A stretch of 34,618 nucleotides of DNA from Candidatus Eiseniibacteriota bacterium (GTDB taxonomy: Bacteria; Eisenbacteria; RBG-16-71-46): contig JBBRLX010000038.1 of the NCBI GenBank assembly GCA_038231135.1, forward strand, positions 1 through 34,618, in the 5' to 3' direction. A program made the translations under genes and the position numbers. How positions within the stretch are numbered: the first letter of the stretch is position 1; every line of letters starts with the position of its first letter. A model generated the notes under the pieces. The model saw nothing but the letters and a program-made list of their open reading frames with translations, was not told where the DNA came from and searched no databases. This document shows, in pieces, positions 18,436 to 28,044 of the stretch.

Positions 18436-20775
18436 TCATTCCAACTTCGCGCTGCGCAGCCGCAACGCGTTCCCGATCACCGAGACGGAACTGAAGCTCA
18501 TGGCCGCCGCGGCGACGATCGGGCTGAGCAGCAGCCCGAAGACCGGATACAGCACGCCGGCGGCAATGGGCACTCCCAGCACGTTGTAGACGAAGGCGAA
18601 AAACAGGTTCTGGCGGATGTTGCTCATCGTGGCGCCGCTCAGGGCGCGGGCCCGCACAATCCCGCGCAGGTCGCCCTTCACGAGCGTCACTCCCGCGCTC
18701 TCCATGGCGACGTCGGTGCCGGTGCCCATGGCGATTCCCACCTGCGCCTGCGCCAGGGCCGGCGCGTCGTTGACCCCGTCGCCGGCCATGGCGACCGATC
18801 GGCCTTGGGCCTGGAGCTGCTTGATCACGTTGACCTTCTGGTCGGGCAGCACTTCCGCCTGGACGTCGTCGATGCCCAGCGTCCGGGCCACGGCCATCGC
18901 CGTCGTCCTGCTGTCGCCGGTGAGCATCACCAGCCGCAGGCCGGCAGCGTGCAGCTGTCGGATGGCCTCCGGCGTGGTCGCCTTGATCGGATCGGCGACC
19001 CCGAGGAGCCCGATCACGCGCCCGTCGACGAGCAGGAACATGGCGGTCTGGCCCTCTGCCCGCATGGTCTCGGCCGGTGCTGCCAGGGCCCCGGCGTCTG
19101 CTCGAAGTTCCGCAAGCAGCGCCGTGTTGCCGAGGGCCACCGCCTTGCCATCAACCGTGCCCCTGACGCCCTTGCCGGTGAGCGATACGAAGTCCGTGGC
19201 CGGCGCCAGCGCCAGCTTGCGCTCGGCGGCGCCCGCCACGATCGCGGCCGCCAATGGATGCTCGCTGCCGCGTTCGAGGCTGGCGGCGAGTCGCAGGGCA
19301 TCCGGTTCCGTCCACTCCGGCGCGGTCACCACGCGGACGAGTTTAGGCTTGCCCTCGGTCAGCGTGCCCGTCTTGTCGAACACGAGCGTGTCCACTGAGC
19401 GGAGCGTCTCGATCGCCTCCGCGTTCCGGAACAGGACACCCATGGTCGCGCCCCTGCCCGCCGCCACCATGATCGACATCGGCGTGGCGAGCCCGAGCGC
19501 GCAGGGACAGGCGATGATGAGCACCGTCACCGCGTTGATGACGGCATACGCCATGCGCGGCGCCGGTCCCACCAGCGCCCACACGATGAACGTGACGATG
19601 GCCAGTACTACGACCGTCGGCACGAATACGGCCGAGACCCGGTCGGCGATGCGCTGGATGGGCGCGCGGCTGCGCTGCGCCTCGGCCACCATCTGAACGA
19701 TACGGGCGAGCAGCGTGTCGGACCCGACCTTCCGGGCCTCCATCACCAGCGATCCGGTGCCGTTCAATGTGGCGCCCACGAGGCGGCTCCCCGGCTCCTT
19801 CTCGGCCGGGATCGGCTCGCCGGTGACGAGCGCCTCGTCCACGGCGCTCCGGCCTTCGATCACCACGCCGTCGACGGGGACCTTCTCGCCCGGCCGCACC
19901 CTGAGCCGGTCACCGATCTGCACCTGGTCGAGCGGAACGTCGTGTTCCGAGCCATCCGCGGCCATGCGGCGCGCGGTCTTGGGGGCGAGTCCGAGCAGCG
20001 CTCGAATCGCCGAGCTGGTGCGGCTGCGGGCCTTGAGCTCGAGCACCTGGCCCAGCAGTACCAGCGTCACGATCGCCGCCGCCGCTTCCAGGTAGGTTCC
20101 CACGTGTCCGGACGCATCCCGGAACGTTGCGGGAAACCAGCTGGGCACTGCGACGGCGGCGACGCCGTGCAGGAATGCGATTCCCACACCCAGCGAGATC
20201 AGCGTGAACATGTTGGGGCTTCGGTTCACGATGGATTGCCAGCCGCGGACGAAGAACGGCCACGCGCCCCACAGCACGACCGGAGCGGCCAACGCCAGTT
20301 CCAACCAGGCCATCACCGAAGACGGAATGAGGCGGTCGACGGGATGGCCGGGCAGCGCCATGCCGATCATCAGCAACAACAGCGGGACGGTCAGCGCGGT
20401 CGAGACCTTGAACCGTCGCCGCATGTCCACCAGCTCGGGATTCTCCGCGTCCTCGAGGGTGACGCTGCGCGGCTCGAGGGCCATCCCGCAGATCGGGCAC
20501 GCGCCGGGACCGTCCCGCACGATCTCCGGGTGCATCGGACACGTGTAGGTCGCGGCCTTCCCGTCCGGCGCGGTCACGGTAGGCGTCGGCCGAGCGGGGG
20601 CCGGCTCGCTCTTGCCCGGATAGCGACCGGGATCGGCACGAAATTTCTCGAGGCAGCCCTTGCTGCAGAACCGAACCTCGCGTCGCGCGTGCTCGAGGTG
20701 GTGAGGCGAATCCATCCCAACCTGCATGCCGCACACCGGGTCACGCATCGAGTTGATTTCGATCACGTCCGTCAT
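18436..20775 (-). CDS. copA: Cu(I)-translocating P1B-type ATPase with YHS/TRASH and heavy-metal-binding N-terminal domains
   Basis: [59 protein letters not shown] and MSFSS. Confidence 0.95.
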   Translation of the reverse strand: MTDVIEINSMRDPVCGMQVGMDSPHHLEHARREVRFCSKGCLEKFRADPGRYPGKSEPAPARPTPTVTAPDGKAATYTCPMHPEIVRDGPGACPICGMALEPRSVTLEDAENPELVDMRRRFKVSTALTVPLLLLMIGMALPGHPVDRLIPSSVMAWLELALAAPVVLWGAWPFFVRGWQSIVNRSPNMFTLISLGVGIAFLHGVAAVAVPSWFPATFRDASGHVGTYLEAAAAIVTLVLLGQVLELKARSRTSSAIRALLGLAPKTARRMAADGSEHDVPLDQVQIGDRLRVRPGEKVPVDGVVIEGRSAVDEALVTGEPIPAEKEPGSRLVGATLNGTGSLVMEARKVGSDTLLARIVQMVAEAQRSRAPIQRIADRVSAVFVPTVVVLAIVTFIVWALVGPAPRMAYAVINAVTVLIIACPCALGLATPMSIMVAAGRGATMGVLFRNAEAIETLRSVDTLVFDKTGTLTEGKPKLVRVVTAPEWTEPDALRLAASLERGSEHPLAAAIVAGAAERKLALAPATDFVSLTGKGVRGTVDGKAVALGNTALLAELRADAGALAAPAETMRAEGQTAMFLLVDGRVIGLLGVADPIKATTPEAIRQLHAAGLRLVMLTGDSRTTAMAVARTLGIDDVQAEVLPDQKVNVIKQLQAQGRSVAMAGDGVNDAPALAQAQVGIAMGTGTDVAMESAGVTLVKGDLRGIVRARALSGATMSNIRQNLFFAFVYNVLGVPIAAGVLYPVFGLLLSPIVAAAAMSFSSVSVIGNALRLRSAKLE

Positions 20776-20791
20776 GGCCGGGCTCCTCGAG

Positions 20792-21292
20792 TCATTTCGC
20801 CGCCGTGACCGTCTGGATCGTGTCCAGGACTGTTTGAAGCTTCACGGATTCCGCCTGGGTGCCGCTCAGGTTGCCCGCGTCGCCGAACTCGTCGAGCTTC
20901 GTCGCCGACACTCGGACCTGCTCGACCAGGCCCTTGAGCCGGTCCGCGGTGGCCGGCGAGGCCGCGCCGGCCTTGTCCGCGAGGGCCACGACCAGATCAC
21001 GGATTCCGAACGCGAGAGGATGGACGTCCTTGAGCTGCCCGTTCTCGATCGCCGTCGAAAGCCTGGCTTGCTCGGCGCCGACCTGCGCCCAGATCCCGGC
21101 AACCGTCCCCGCCGGGGTCACCGTCACGGCGGGCTCGCTGTGTTCGCTGTCCGCGTTCGGCGCAGCCGCCGCGGGGGTTCCCCGGGACGATGCCGCGGGC
21201 GTCTCGGTCTGGGCCCTGGGCGAGCAGCCGCCGAGCAGGATGGCCCCGACGCCTGCCGCAACCACGGTCGAGCGCAACGTGTACGGGTTCAT
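20792..21292 (-). CDS. Lipoprotein with predicted helical-bundle domain, unknown function
   Basis: ATG at 21292 with GGAGG RBS; lipobox LLGG|C; Ala/Pro linker then amphipathic helices; sits in-strand between the RND and copA. Confidence 0.8.
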   Translation of the reverse strand: MNPYTLRSTVVAAGVGAILLGGCSPRAQTETPAASSRGTPAAAAPNADSEHSEPAVTVTPAGTVAGIWAQVGAEQARLSTAIENGQLKDVHPLAFGIRDLVVALADKAGAASPATADRLKGLVEQVRVSATKLDEFGDAGNLSGTQAESVKLQTVLDTIQTVTAAK

Positions 21293-21353
21293 GTTCGCAC
21301 TTCCTCCCCATCGATTGTCGCGGGACGGTCGGCTCGCGATTCGAGCGCGGCGT

Positions 21354-24300
21354 TCACGACGGGTCCGCGTCTCCGGCCAGATACTTCTCCGCTGACTTCC
21401 TCCCGAAGCGAAAGAACACCGCCGGCGTAACGATCGTGTCCAGCAGCGTCGAGCTGACGAGCCCGCCGAGAATGACCGTCGCCACCGGATACAGGATCTC
21501 CTTGCCCGGCTCACCCTTCGAGAGCACGAGCGGAACGAGCGCCAGCCCGGCGGTCAATGCCGTCATCAGCACGGGCACCAGCCGCTCGAGCGAGCCGCGG
21601 ACGACCATGTGCATGTCGAACGCCTCGCCCTCCTCCTTCATCAGGTGCAGGTAATGAGAGACCATCATGATCGTGTTCCGTGAGGCGATGCCGGTCAGGG
21701 TGATGAATCCGACGAGCGACGCCACCGAGAACGTGCCGCCCGTCAGGAAGATGGCCACCACGCTCCCGATCAGGGCGAGCGGGATGTTGAGCAGGATCTG
21801 GAGCACGATCGGGACGGAACGGAAGTGGCTGAACAGCACGAGGAACATCGCGGCCAGCGAGAACAGGCTCAGGATGCCGATCAACCGGGTCGCCGACTGC
21901 TGGCTCTCGAACTGGCCGCCATAGGTGATGAAGTAGCCGGTGGGCAGAGTGACCTGTGCGCGGACCGACCTCTGGACCTGCTCGACGACCCGCCCCAGGT
22001 CCCTGCCACTGACGTTCGCCGAGATCACGATGCGGCGCTGAACGTTCTCGTGCTGGATGACATTGGGTCCGCGCGACTCCTCGACCGCCGCGATGGCCGA
22101 GAGCGGGACCTTGGCTCCGGACGGGGTGTCGATGAGAGCGCCGCGGATGGCTTCGAGGCTGCCCCGCGAGGCGTCATCGAACCTTACCAGCAGGTCGAAC
22201 GTTCGCTGGCCCTCGAGGACCTGGGACACGACGCGGCCGTCGAGCGCCGTTTCGAGCGCCTCGTTCAGATTGCCGACGTTGAGTCCATAACGGGCGAGCG
22301 CCGCGCGATCCCCCTCGATCCGGATCTGCGGCACCAGCACCTGCTTCTCGACCTGCAGGTCCACCACGCCGGGAACCGTCGCCATCGCGCCCTGGATCTC
22401 CGCCGCCTTGGAGCGCAGCACGTCGAGGTCGTTGCCGAACAGCTTGACCGCGATCTGCGCCTGGACTCCGGACAGCAGGTGATCGAGCCGGTGCGAGATC
22501 GGCTGGCCGATGTTGACGAACACTCCCGGGATCTCGGCCAGGCGCGCACGGATATCGCTGAGCACCACCTCGCGGCTCCGCTTCGAGCGCCGGAAGTCGA
22601 CGTCGATCTCGGTGTAGTGGACACCCTCCGCGTGCTCGTCGAGTTCGGCGCGGCCGGTACGGCGCCCGGTCGACATCACCTCCGGGACCGTCAACAACTG
22701 TTGTTCGGCGATGGTGCCGATGCGGTTCGACTCGCTCAGCGACGTGCCGGGCGCGGCGATGACGTTGATCGTCGCCGTGCCTTCGTTGAAGGTCGGGAGG
22801 AACTCCCGGCCCATCCGCGGGACCAGCGCTGCGGCGGCCAGCACCAGCACGGCCGCCCCGCCGATCACGACCCCGGGATGGGGCAGCGTGAAGTGGAGCA
22901 GTCGCCGGTCCCACTGCTTCAGGTGCCGCACGACGAACGAGTCCTGCTCCGCGGCCATGATCTTCGCGTTCGGCAGCAGGTAGAGACACAGCGCCGGTGA
23001 CACCGTGAGCGAGACCACGAACGAGGCGAGGATCGACACGATGTACGCCTCCCCGAGCGGCGCGAACAGCCGGCCCTCGATGCCGCTGAGCGCGAACAGC
23101 GGCAGGAATACGAGCACGACGAGAATCGTGGCGTAGACGATCGAGTTCCGGACCTCGGCGGACGCCAGGTACACCACTTCGAGCGCCGCCCGCGGAACCG
23201 CGGCGTGCCGGTTCTCGCGCAGCCGGCGGAACACGTTTTCCACGTTGACGATGGCGTCGTCGACCAGCTCCCCGATCGCGATCGCCAGGCCGCCCAGCGT
23301 CATCGTGTTGATCGAGATGCCGAACAGGTGGAACACGACGGCCGCCGTCACGAACGACAGCGGAATGGCGGTCAGCGTGATCGCGGTCGTGCGGAAGTTG
23401 AGCAGGAACAGGATCAGCACGATGAGCACCAGGATGGCGCCATCGCGCAGCGCGTCCTCGACGTTGCGGATCGCGGCCGCGATGAAGTTGGCCTGCTTGA
23501 ACAGCGGGTGCATCTGCACGTCTGAGGGCAGCGACGGCTGCAGCTCGGCCAGCGCGGCTTCGATGCGCCGGGTCAGGTCGATGGTGCTCGCGCCCGGCTG
23601 CTTCTGGATCGACAGGATCACCGCCGGCCGGCCGCCGATGCTGCCGTCCCCGCGTTTCACCAGCGTACCGATGCCCACGCTGGCGACCTCCTTGAGCAGC
23701 ACCGGGATGCCGTTCCGGGTCGCCACCACCGTGTTGAGCAACTGGTCGGGATCGCGCAGCCGGCCCACGTTCCGGATGAGGTACTCCTGCGACTGCGCCT
23801 CGAGATATCCCCCGGTGGTGTTCTCGTTGCTCGCCGCGACGGCGCGCTCGACGTCCTCGAGCGTCACGCCGAGTGCCGCGAGACGCTGAGGATGGACCTG
23901 CACCTGGTATTGCTTGACCCCGCCACCGATCGGGATCACCTGGGAGACGCCCGGGATGGTCAGCAGCCGCTGCCGGACGACCCAATCCGCGAGTGTGCGC
24001 ATCTCCATGGGCGAGGTGTGGCCGGTGGAGCTCTCGAGCCCCAGCAGCATGATCTCTCCCATGATGGAGGACACCGGACCCATCGCCGGCGCCACGCCCT
24101 TCGGCAACCGCTCGGCCGCGAGCTGGAGCTTCTCGCCGACCAGCTGCCGGTCACGATAGATGTCCGTGCCCCAGGCGAATTCGACGGTCACGACCGACAG
24201 GCCGATGCCGGAGGTCGAGCGGACGCGCTCGACGCCCGGGGCCCCGTTGAGTGTCGTCTCGATGGGCAGACTGACCAGCGTCTCGACCTCCTCGGGGGCG

Positions 24301-24467
24301 AGCCCCGGGGCCTCGCTCATGACGGTGACGGTCGGACGATTGAGGTCCGGGAACACGTCCACCGGCAGCTTGAGGATGACCATGACCCCGTAGATCAGGA
24401 GGAGCGCGGCCGCCGCGACGACGAACAGCCGGTTCTTGAGCGCGAACAGGATGATTCGATCGAGCAT
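21354..24467 (-). CDS. CzcA-like heavy-metal RND efflux permease (probably divalent cations)
   Basis: PVDVFPDLNRPTV, LAPEEVE, GELVDDAIVNVEN, GRAELDEHAEG, ERLVPVLMTAL; lacks the CusA Met-site segments. Confidence 0.92.
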   Translation of the reverse strand: MLDRIILFALKNRLFVVAAAALLLIYGVMVILKLPVDVFPDLNRPTVTVMSEAPGLAPEEVETLVSLPIETTLNGAPGVERVRSTSGIGLSVVTVEFAWGTDIYRDRQLVGEKLQLAAERLPKGVAPAMGPVSSIMGEIMLLGLESSTGHTSPMEMRTLADWVVRQRLLTIPGVSQVIPIGGGVKQYQVQVHPQRLAALGVTLEDVERAVAASNENTTGGYLEAQSQEYLIRNVGRLRDPDQLLNTVVATRNGIPVLLKEVASVGIGTLVKRGDGSIGGRPAVILSIQKQPGASTIDLTRRIEAALAELQPSLPSDVQMHPLFKQANFIAAAIRNVEDALRDGAILVLIVLILFLLNFRTTAITLTAIPLSFVTAAVVFHLFGISINTMTLGGLAIAIGELVDDAIVNVENVFRRLRENRHAAVPRAALEVVYLASAEVRNSIVYATILVVLVFLPLFALSGIEGRLFAPLGEAYIVSILASFVVSLTVSPALCLYLLPNAKIMAAEQDSFVVRHLKQWDRRLLHFTLPHPGVVIGGAAVLVLAAAALVPRMGREFLPTFNEGTATINVIAAPGTSLSESNRIGTIAEQQLLTVPEVMSTGRRTGRAELDEHAEGVHYTEIDVDFRRSKRSREVVLSDIRARLAEIPGVFVNIGQPISHRLDHLLSGVQAQIAVKLFGNDLDVLRSKAAEIQGAMATVPGVVDLQVEKQVLVPQIRIEGDRAALARYGLNVGNLNEALETALDGRVVSQVLEGQRTFDLLVRFDDASRGSLEAIRGALIDTPSGAKVPLSAIAAVEESRGPNVIQHENVQRRIVISANVSGRDLGRVVEQVQRSVRAQVTLPTGYFITYGGQFESQQSATRLIGILSLFSLAAMFLVLFSHFRSVPIVLQILLNIPLALIGSVVAIFLTGGTFSVASLVGFITLTGIASRNTIMMVSHYLHLMKEEGEAFDMHMVVRGSLERLVPVLMTALTAGLALVPLVLSKGEPGKEILYPVATVILGGLVSSTLLDTIVTPAVFFRFGRKSAEKYLAGDADPS

Positions 24468-24477
24468 GATGGCGCCG

Positions 24478-25956
24478 TCAGTGACCGAGGCCGACGACGG
24501 GCGCCGTCAGCAATGGATAGCCGCCCGCGACCACCACGCGGTCGCCGGGGACGAGATCGCCGGTCACCACGACACGCGAACCCAGGCTGGTGCCCAGGAC
24601 GACTTCGCGGGCCGTGAAGCGTTCGGGTGCGGTGTGGACGAACACGAGCTTGCGCCCGTCCTTCTCGAACACGGCGCTCCTGGACACCACGAGCGCCGGC
24701 GCGGCGCCGCCCTGTTCGATGCCCACATCGACCAGCGTTCCGACGCGAAGCCGTCCGCCCACGTTGGGGACCTCGAACCACGCCTCGATCGCGCCGGGCA
24801 CCTCGCCCTGCGTCACGCCCAGCGCGACGCGCCGGCCGGCGAGCACCAGATCGGGCATGCTCTGCGAGGTGATGACCGCGCGCGTCGAGCCCTGCACGCT
24901 CGCCACGTCCGCCTCGTACACGTCGGCATGCACCCAGACGACCGAGGGATCCAGCAGGGTCATGAGCTTCTGTCCGGCATCGACGAGCTGGCCGTTCACC
25001 ACGAACACTCCCGTGAGGACGCCGGTGAGCGGCGCGCGCAGGCTGAGATCGTCGACCACGGTCAGGCGGGCGATCGGCTCGTCCTTACGGACGGCCTGAC
25101 CGATCACCGGCGCCCGGCCATGGGGGAAGAAGATGCGGCCCGACTGCGGCGCCAGCATCTCGATCTCGCCGCCGCCACGCGGAGCCACGCGCCCGAGAAC
25201 GCTCAGCCGCTGTTGCACAGGCTGCCGCTGCAGCGGCTCCGTGCGGATCCCCAGCAGGAACTGGGACTCCTTGGCCACATAGACCTGTGCGCCGGGACCG
25301 ACCGGCGCTCCGGACGTGCTCGGAGCGTTGTCATGCCCCTCGTGCGCGCGAGCGCCAGGCGCGAGGACGAGGCACAGAAGCAGCCCGGCGAGCGGCGCCT
25401 GCGAGCGACGGCGGGCCATGACGAACAGCCCGACGACCAGCACGAGCCCGGCGCCGACGAGCCACAGCCAGCCGGATCCTCCGCCGGCCGGGCTGCCGCC
25501 CGCGGACGCCTCGCGCGTGACTTCGAGTCCCGAAAGGGCAAAGCGGGCGTCCTCACCCGCGCCGGCGACGGTCACGAGGACCGTGAACGTGCCCGTATCG
25601 GCAGGCGCTTGAAATGGCGCCGTGTAGAACCCGGAGCGCCCGGCCGGCACCGCGGCTCCGTGCCACAGTTCGCGACTCCCGGAACGCAGGCTCAGCGAAA
25701 CCGCCGCACCCGCCACCGGGGCGTCGGTCTGAAAGTCGCTGAGGTAGAGATCGAAATGCGTCACGAGTCCGGGACGCAGCGGATCGTTCTTGAGAACGAC
25801 TTCATAGCGATCCGAGAGCGCCGTGAGCACGTGCCGGCTGGCGACCACCGCGCTGCCGGTCCCGGGAGCGTCGTCGTGGCCAGCGTGAGCATGCGCGCGG
25901 GTGGCCGTCGCCGCGGACAGGAGCGCAAGCGTCAGCAGCCGCATCGGGCGTCTCAT
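24478..25956 (-). CDS. RND periplasmic adaptor with extra N-terminal beta domain, internal TM plus second signal peptide, and no alpha-hairpin
   Basis: ATG at 25956 overlaps the TolC stop (ATGA). KESQFLLGIRT, LRAPLTG..GQLVDAG, VWVHADVYE, VFVHTAPERF..V and LVPGDRVVVAG. Confidence 0.88.
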   Translation of the reverse strand: MRRPMRLLTLALLSAATATRAHAHAGHDDAPGTGSAVVASRHVLTALSDRYEVVLKNDPLRPGLVTHFDLYLSDFQTDAPVAGAAVSLSLRSGSRELWHGAAVPAGRSGFYTAPFQAPADTGTFTVLVTVAGAGEDARFALSGLEVTREASAGGSPAGGGSGWLWLVGAGLVLVVGLFVMARRRSQAPLAGLLLCLVLAPGARAHEGHDNAPSTSGAPVGPGAQVYVAKESQFLLGIRTEPLQRQPVQQRLSVLGRVAPRGGGEIEMLAPQSGRIFFPHGRAPVIGQAVRKDEPIARLTVVDDLSLRAPLTGVLTGVFVVNGQLVDAGQKLMTLLDPSVVWVHADVYEADVASVQGSTRAVITSQSMPDLVLAGRRVALGVTQGEVPGAIEAWFEVPNVGGRLRVGTLVDVGIEQGGAAPALVVSRSAVFEKDGRKLVFVHTAPERFTAREVVLGTSLGSRVVVTGDLVPGDRVVVAGGYPLLTAPVVGLGH

Positions 25957-27353
25957 CGCGTGCCCCCCGCGTTGATGCGGCCGAGGTCGAGGCCGACGGC
26001 GGATTCCAGCTCGCCGCGGGCATCCCAATACGCGCCCGCCGCTTCGAGTTGCCCGAGGAGCGTGTCCACGAGGCGCCCTTTCTGCGTGAGGTAGGAGTCG
26101 AGCGAGATACGCCCGTCCGCATAGGCGTCGCGAATCAGCACGAGGTCCTGCCGGACTCGCGTCGAGCGGTCGAGGTACATGCGGTAGAGGACGGTGGCGT
26201 CCTGGAACCGCCGCACGGCGCCAAGGACTTCGAGTTGCGTGTGGAGCCGATCGCGGTCGAGGTCCGCCTCACTACGCACGATCTCCGCCGCCGCCCGGGC
26301 GCGGCCGGCCTGGTTGTGCTGCCACAGCGGCAGCGGAGCACTGATCCGGGTCGTCCACAGATCGTCGGTCGTTCGTGCGCCCGCGATGCCGCCGACGATC
26401 GCGGGGTCGCCGGTGAAGTCGCCGTTCGAGAACGACCGGTGCTCCCGCGTCAGACCGAGCCCCAGCGTGAGATCGGGCCGGGCCTCGCGTTCCGCGAGCT
26501 GGAGCTCCGCCTGGCGTTCCGCGATCCGGCGGCGCAGGACTTCGCCGGTTCCACGACCGCCGATCGCGAGCGCCACGACCGATTCCTCAGGCTGTCCGAG
26601 GGAATCCGCCGCCAGAGTGCCGTTGAGCCGCGTCGAATCGGGAAGCGGCTCCCCGACGGACAGTCCGAGAGCGACCTGCGCCTGGCGCAGGTCGGCGCGT
26701 GCACGATGTTCCTGGGCCTCCACACGCAGGAGATCCAGTTCCGTCAGCCGGCCGGTCAAAGGCGTCATGGATCCGTCGCGTACCCGCGCGCGGGTTGCCG
26801 CCACGACGCGGCGATCGAGGCCGGCCAGCTCGTTCAGGGTGGCGAGTCGCTCCTGCATGAACAGCGCGCGCGCGAATCGCGCACGGACGTCCGATTCGAT
26901 GTCCTGCAGCTTCAGGCGCCACTCCGCCGCACCCGTCCGCGAGCGCGCGGTCGCGAGCGCCTGACGAGCGCCGCGCTTGCCCCACAGCTCCAGTTGCTGG
27001 CTGACGCCGAGATCCAGCGTCACCTCGGAGCCGGATCCGATCGACGGGCCGCCCCGTGCCGACTGGAACTCCGCCACCGGGTTGAACCCGGGAACCCGCG
27101 CGAACGCGGAGTCGGCGCGGAGCGCCGTCAGATTTGCCGCGGCCACGCGCAGCTCGGGATGAACCCCGCGCGCGATGGCGAGCGCGTCGCTCAACGTGAG
27201 CGGCTGCGGGATCTCCGCCCCCACCGTGACCGGGCCCAGGGACCGCACGGGGTCCGCCGGTCCGGGTTCGGCCGTGGAGTGTTGTGCGACCAGCGTCGTC
27301 AGCAGCGCCACGCATGCGGTCGCCGCCAGCCAACGCGTCATCCATGAAACCAT
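25953..27353 (-). CDS. TolC/CzcC-type outer membrane efflux channel
   Basis: Signal peptide, LTLSDALAIA..HPEL, SQQLELWGKRGAR, PLPLWQHNQAG, AYADGRISL. Confidence 0.9.
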   Translation of the reverse strand: MVSWMTRWLAATACVALLTTLVAQHSTAEPGPADPVRSLGPVTVGAEIPQPLTLSDALAIARGVHPELRVAAANLTALRADSAFARVPGFNPVAEFQSARGGPSIGSGSEVTLDLGVSQQLELWGKRGARQALATARSRTGAAEWRLKLQDIESDVRARFARALFMQERLATLNELAGLDRRVVAATRARVRDGSMTPLTGRLTELDLLRVEAQEHRARADLRQAQVALGLSVGEPLPDSTRLNGTLAADSLGQPEESVVALAIGGRGTGEVLRRRIAERQAELQLAEREARPDLTLGLGLTREHRSFSNGDFTGDPAIVGGIAGARTTDDLWTTRISAPLPLWQHNQAGRARAAAEIVRSEADLDRDRLHTQLEVLGAVRRFQDATVLYRMYLDRSTRVRQDLVLIRDAYADGRISLDSYLTQKGRLVDTLLGQLEAAGAYWDARGELESAVGLDLGRINAGGTR

Positions 27354-27358
27354 TCCAG

Positions 27359-27477
27359 ATCCGCCTTTCCGTCAGGCGCACGACGGCACCTGACCCGCAT
27401 CCCGCACGCCACAGCAGTGGCGCGCCTGTGTCCTGTGCAAGGATCAGAACGGGGAAGCTAGGCGGACGGAGGCGGAC
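27359..27477 (-). promoter_or_regulatory. Structured intercistronic leader: RSPP codons complementary to the TolC ribosome-binding region, plus two internal hairpins
   Basis: On the mRNA, GUCCGCCUCCGUC (27477-27465) pairs with GACGGA(AA)GGCGGAU (27373-27359). Two 9-bp stems are also present: GCGCGCCAC/GUGGCGUGC and GUCAGGUGC/GCGCCUGAC. Confidence 0.6.
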
Positions 27478-27865
27478 TCCGGGGAGACTCGGGGCTGAGC
27501 GAGGGATCGGGCGGGGAGCCCGATCGGGCGTCCGGGGCGAACCGGGCACACACGTTCCGATCGACGAGCGCAATGGCAACGACCGGAGCGACCGCGAACG
27601 CCATGGGAACCGAGGTGGCCGGTTCAATGGTGATCGACGCGGCGGCGGTCGCGGCGGGGATCTCGAACCGATCGCAGCAACAGGAGTCTGTGGGGCGGGC
27701 GGGACTCGGGACCGATTTGGCGCAGCACTCGTGATGTCCGTGATGCCCGGCGTGTTCCGTCACCTGCGCGGCGCGCGCCATCCGCGACGAGCAGCGCGCC
27801 TGCCCCAGCGGCAGCAGCACCGCGAACAGCAATGACAACAGGATCCTGATTACGCTCTGGAACAT
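27458..27865 (-). CDS. Cys/His-rich leader protein ending in RSPP (DUF2946/CutF/CruR-like)
   Basis: ATG at 27865 with GGAGG; hydrophobic N-terminal signal; HAGHHGHHECC and DSCCCD; C-terminal SPP..PRSPPPSA*; first ORF of the efflux run. Confidence 0.78.
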   Translation of the reverse strand: MFQSVIRILLSLLFAVLLPLGQARCSSRMARAAQVTEHAGHHGHHECCAKSVPSPARPTDSCCCDRFEIPAATAAASITIEPATSVPMAFAVAPVVAIALVDRNVCARFAPDARSGSPPDPSLSPESPRSPPPSA

Positions 27866-27900
27866 TGGCCCGAAACCTCCGAGAGCAACCGCCAACGATC

Positions 27901-27930
27901 AGAATGGCGTCGGCCGCGATAGCGAGTCAA
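27901..27930 (-). promoter_or_regulatory. Possible sigma70 promoter of the metal-efflux operon
   Basis: TTGACT-N18-CATTCT on the minus strand, about 35 bp upstream of the leader ATG. Confidence 0.4.
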
Positions 27931-28044
27931 GCGTGGTATCGGCAATCGTTGCGTGTCCCTTAGCGCGGGCAACATCGAACTCACGGGGTCCTGACGCTGT
28001 GGCCTGACAAACACTGGACGCCGAAGGCAATGAACTCGACGCAA

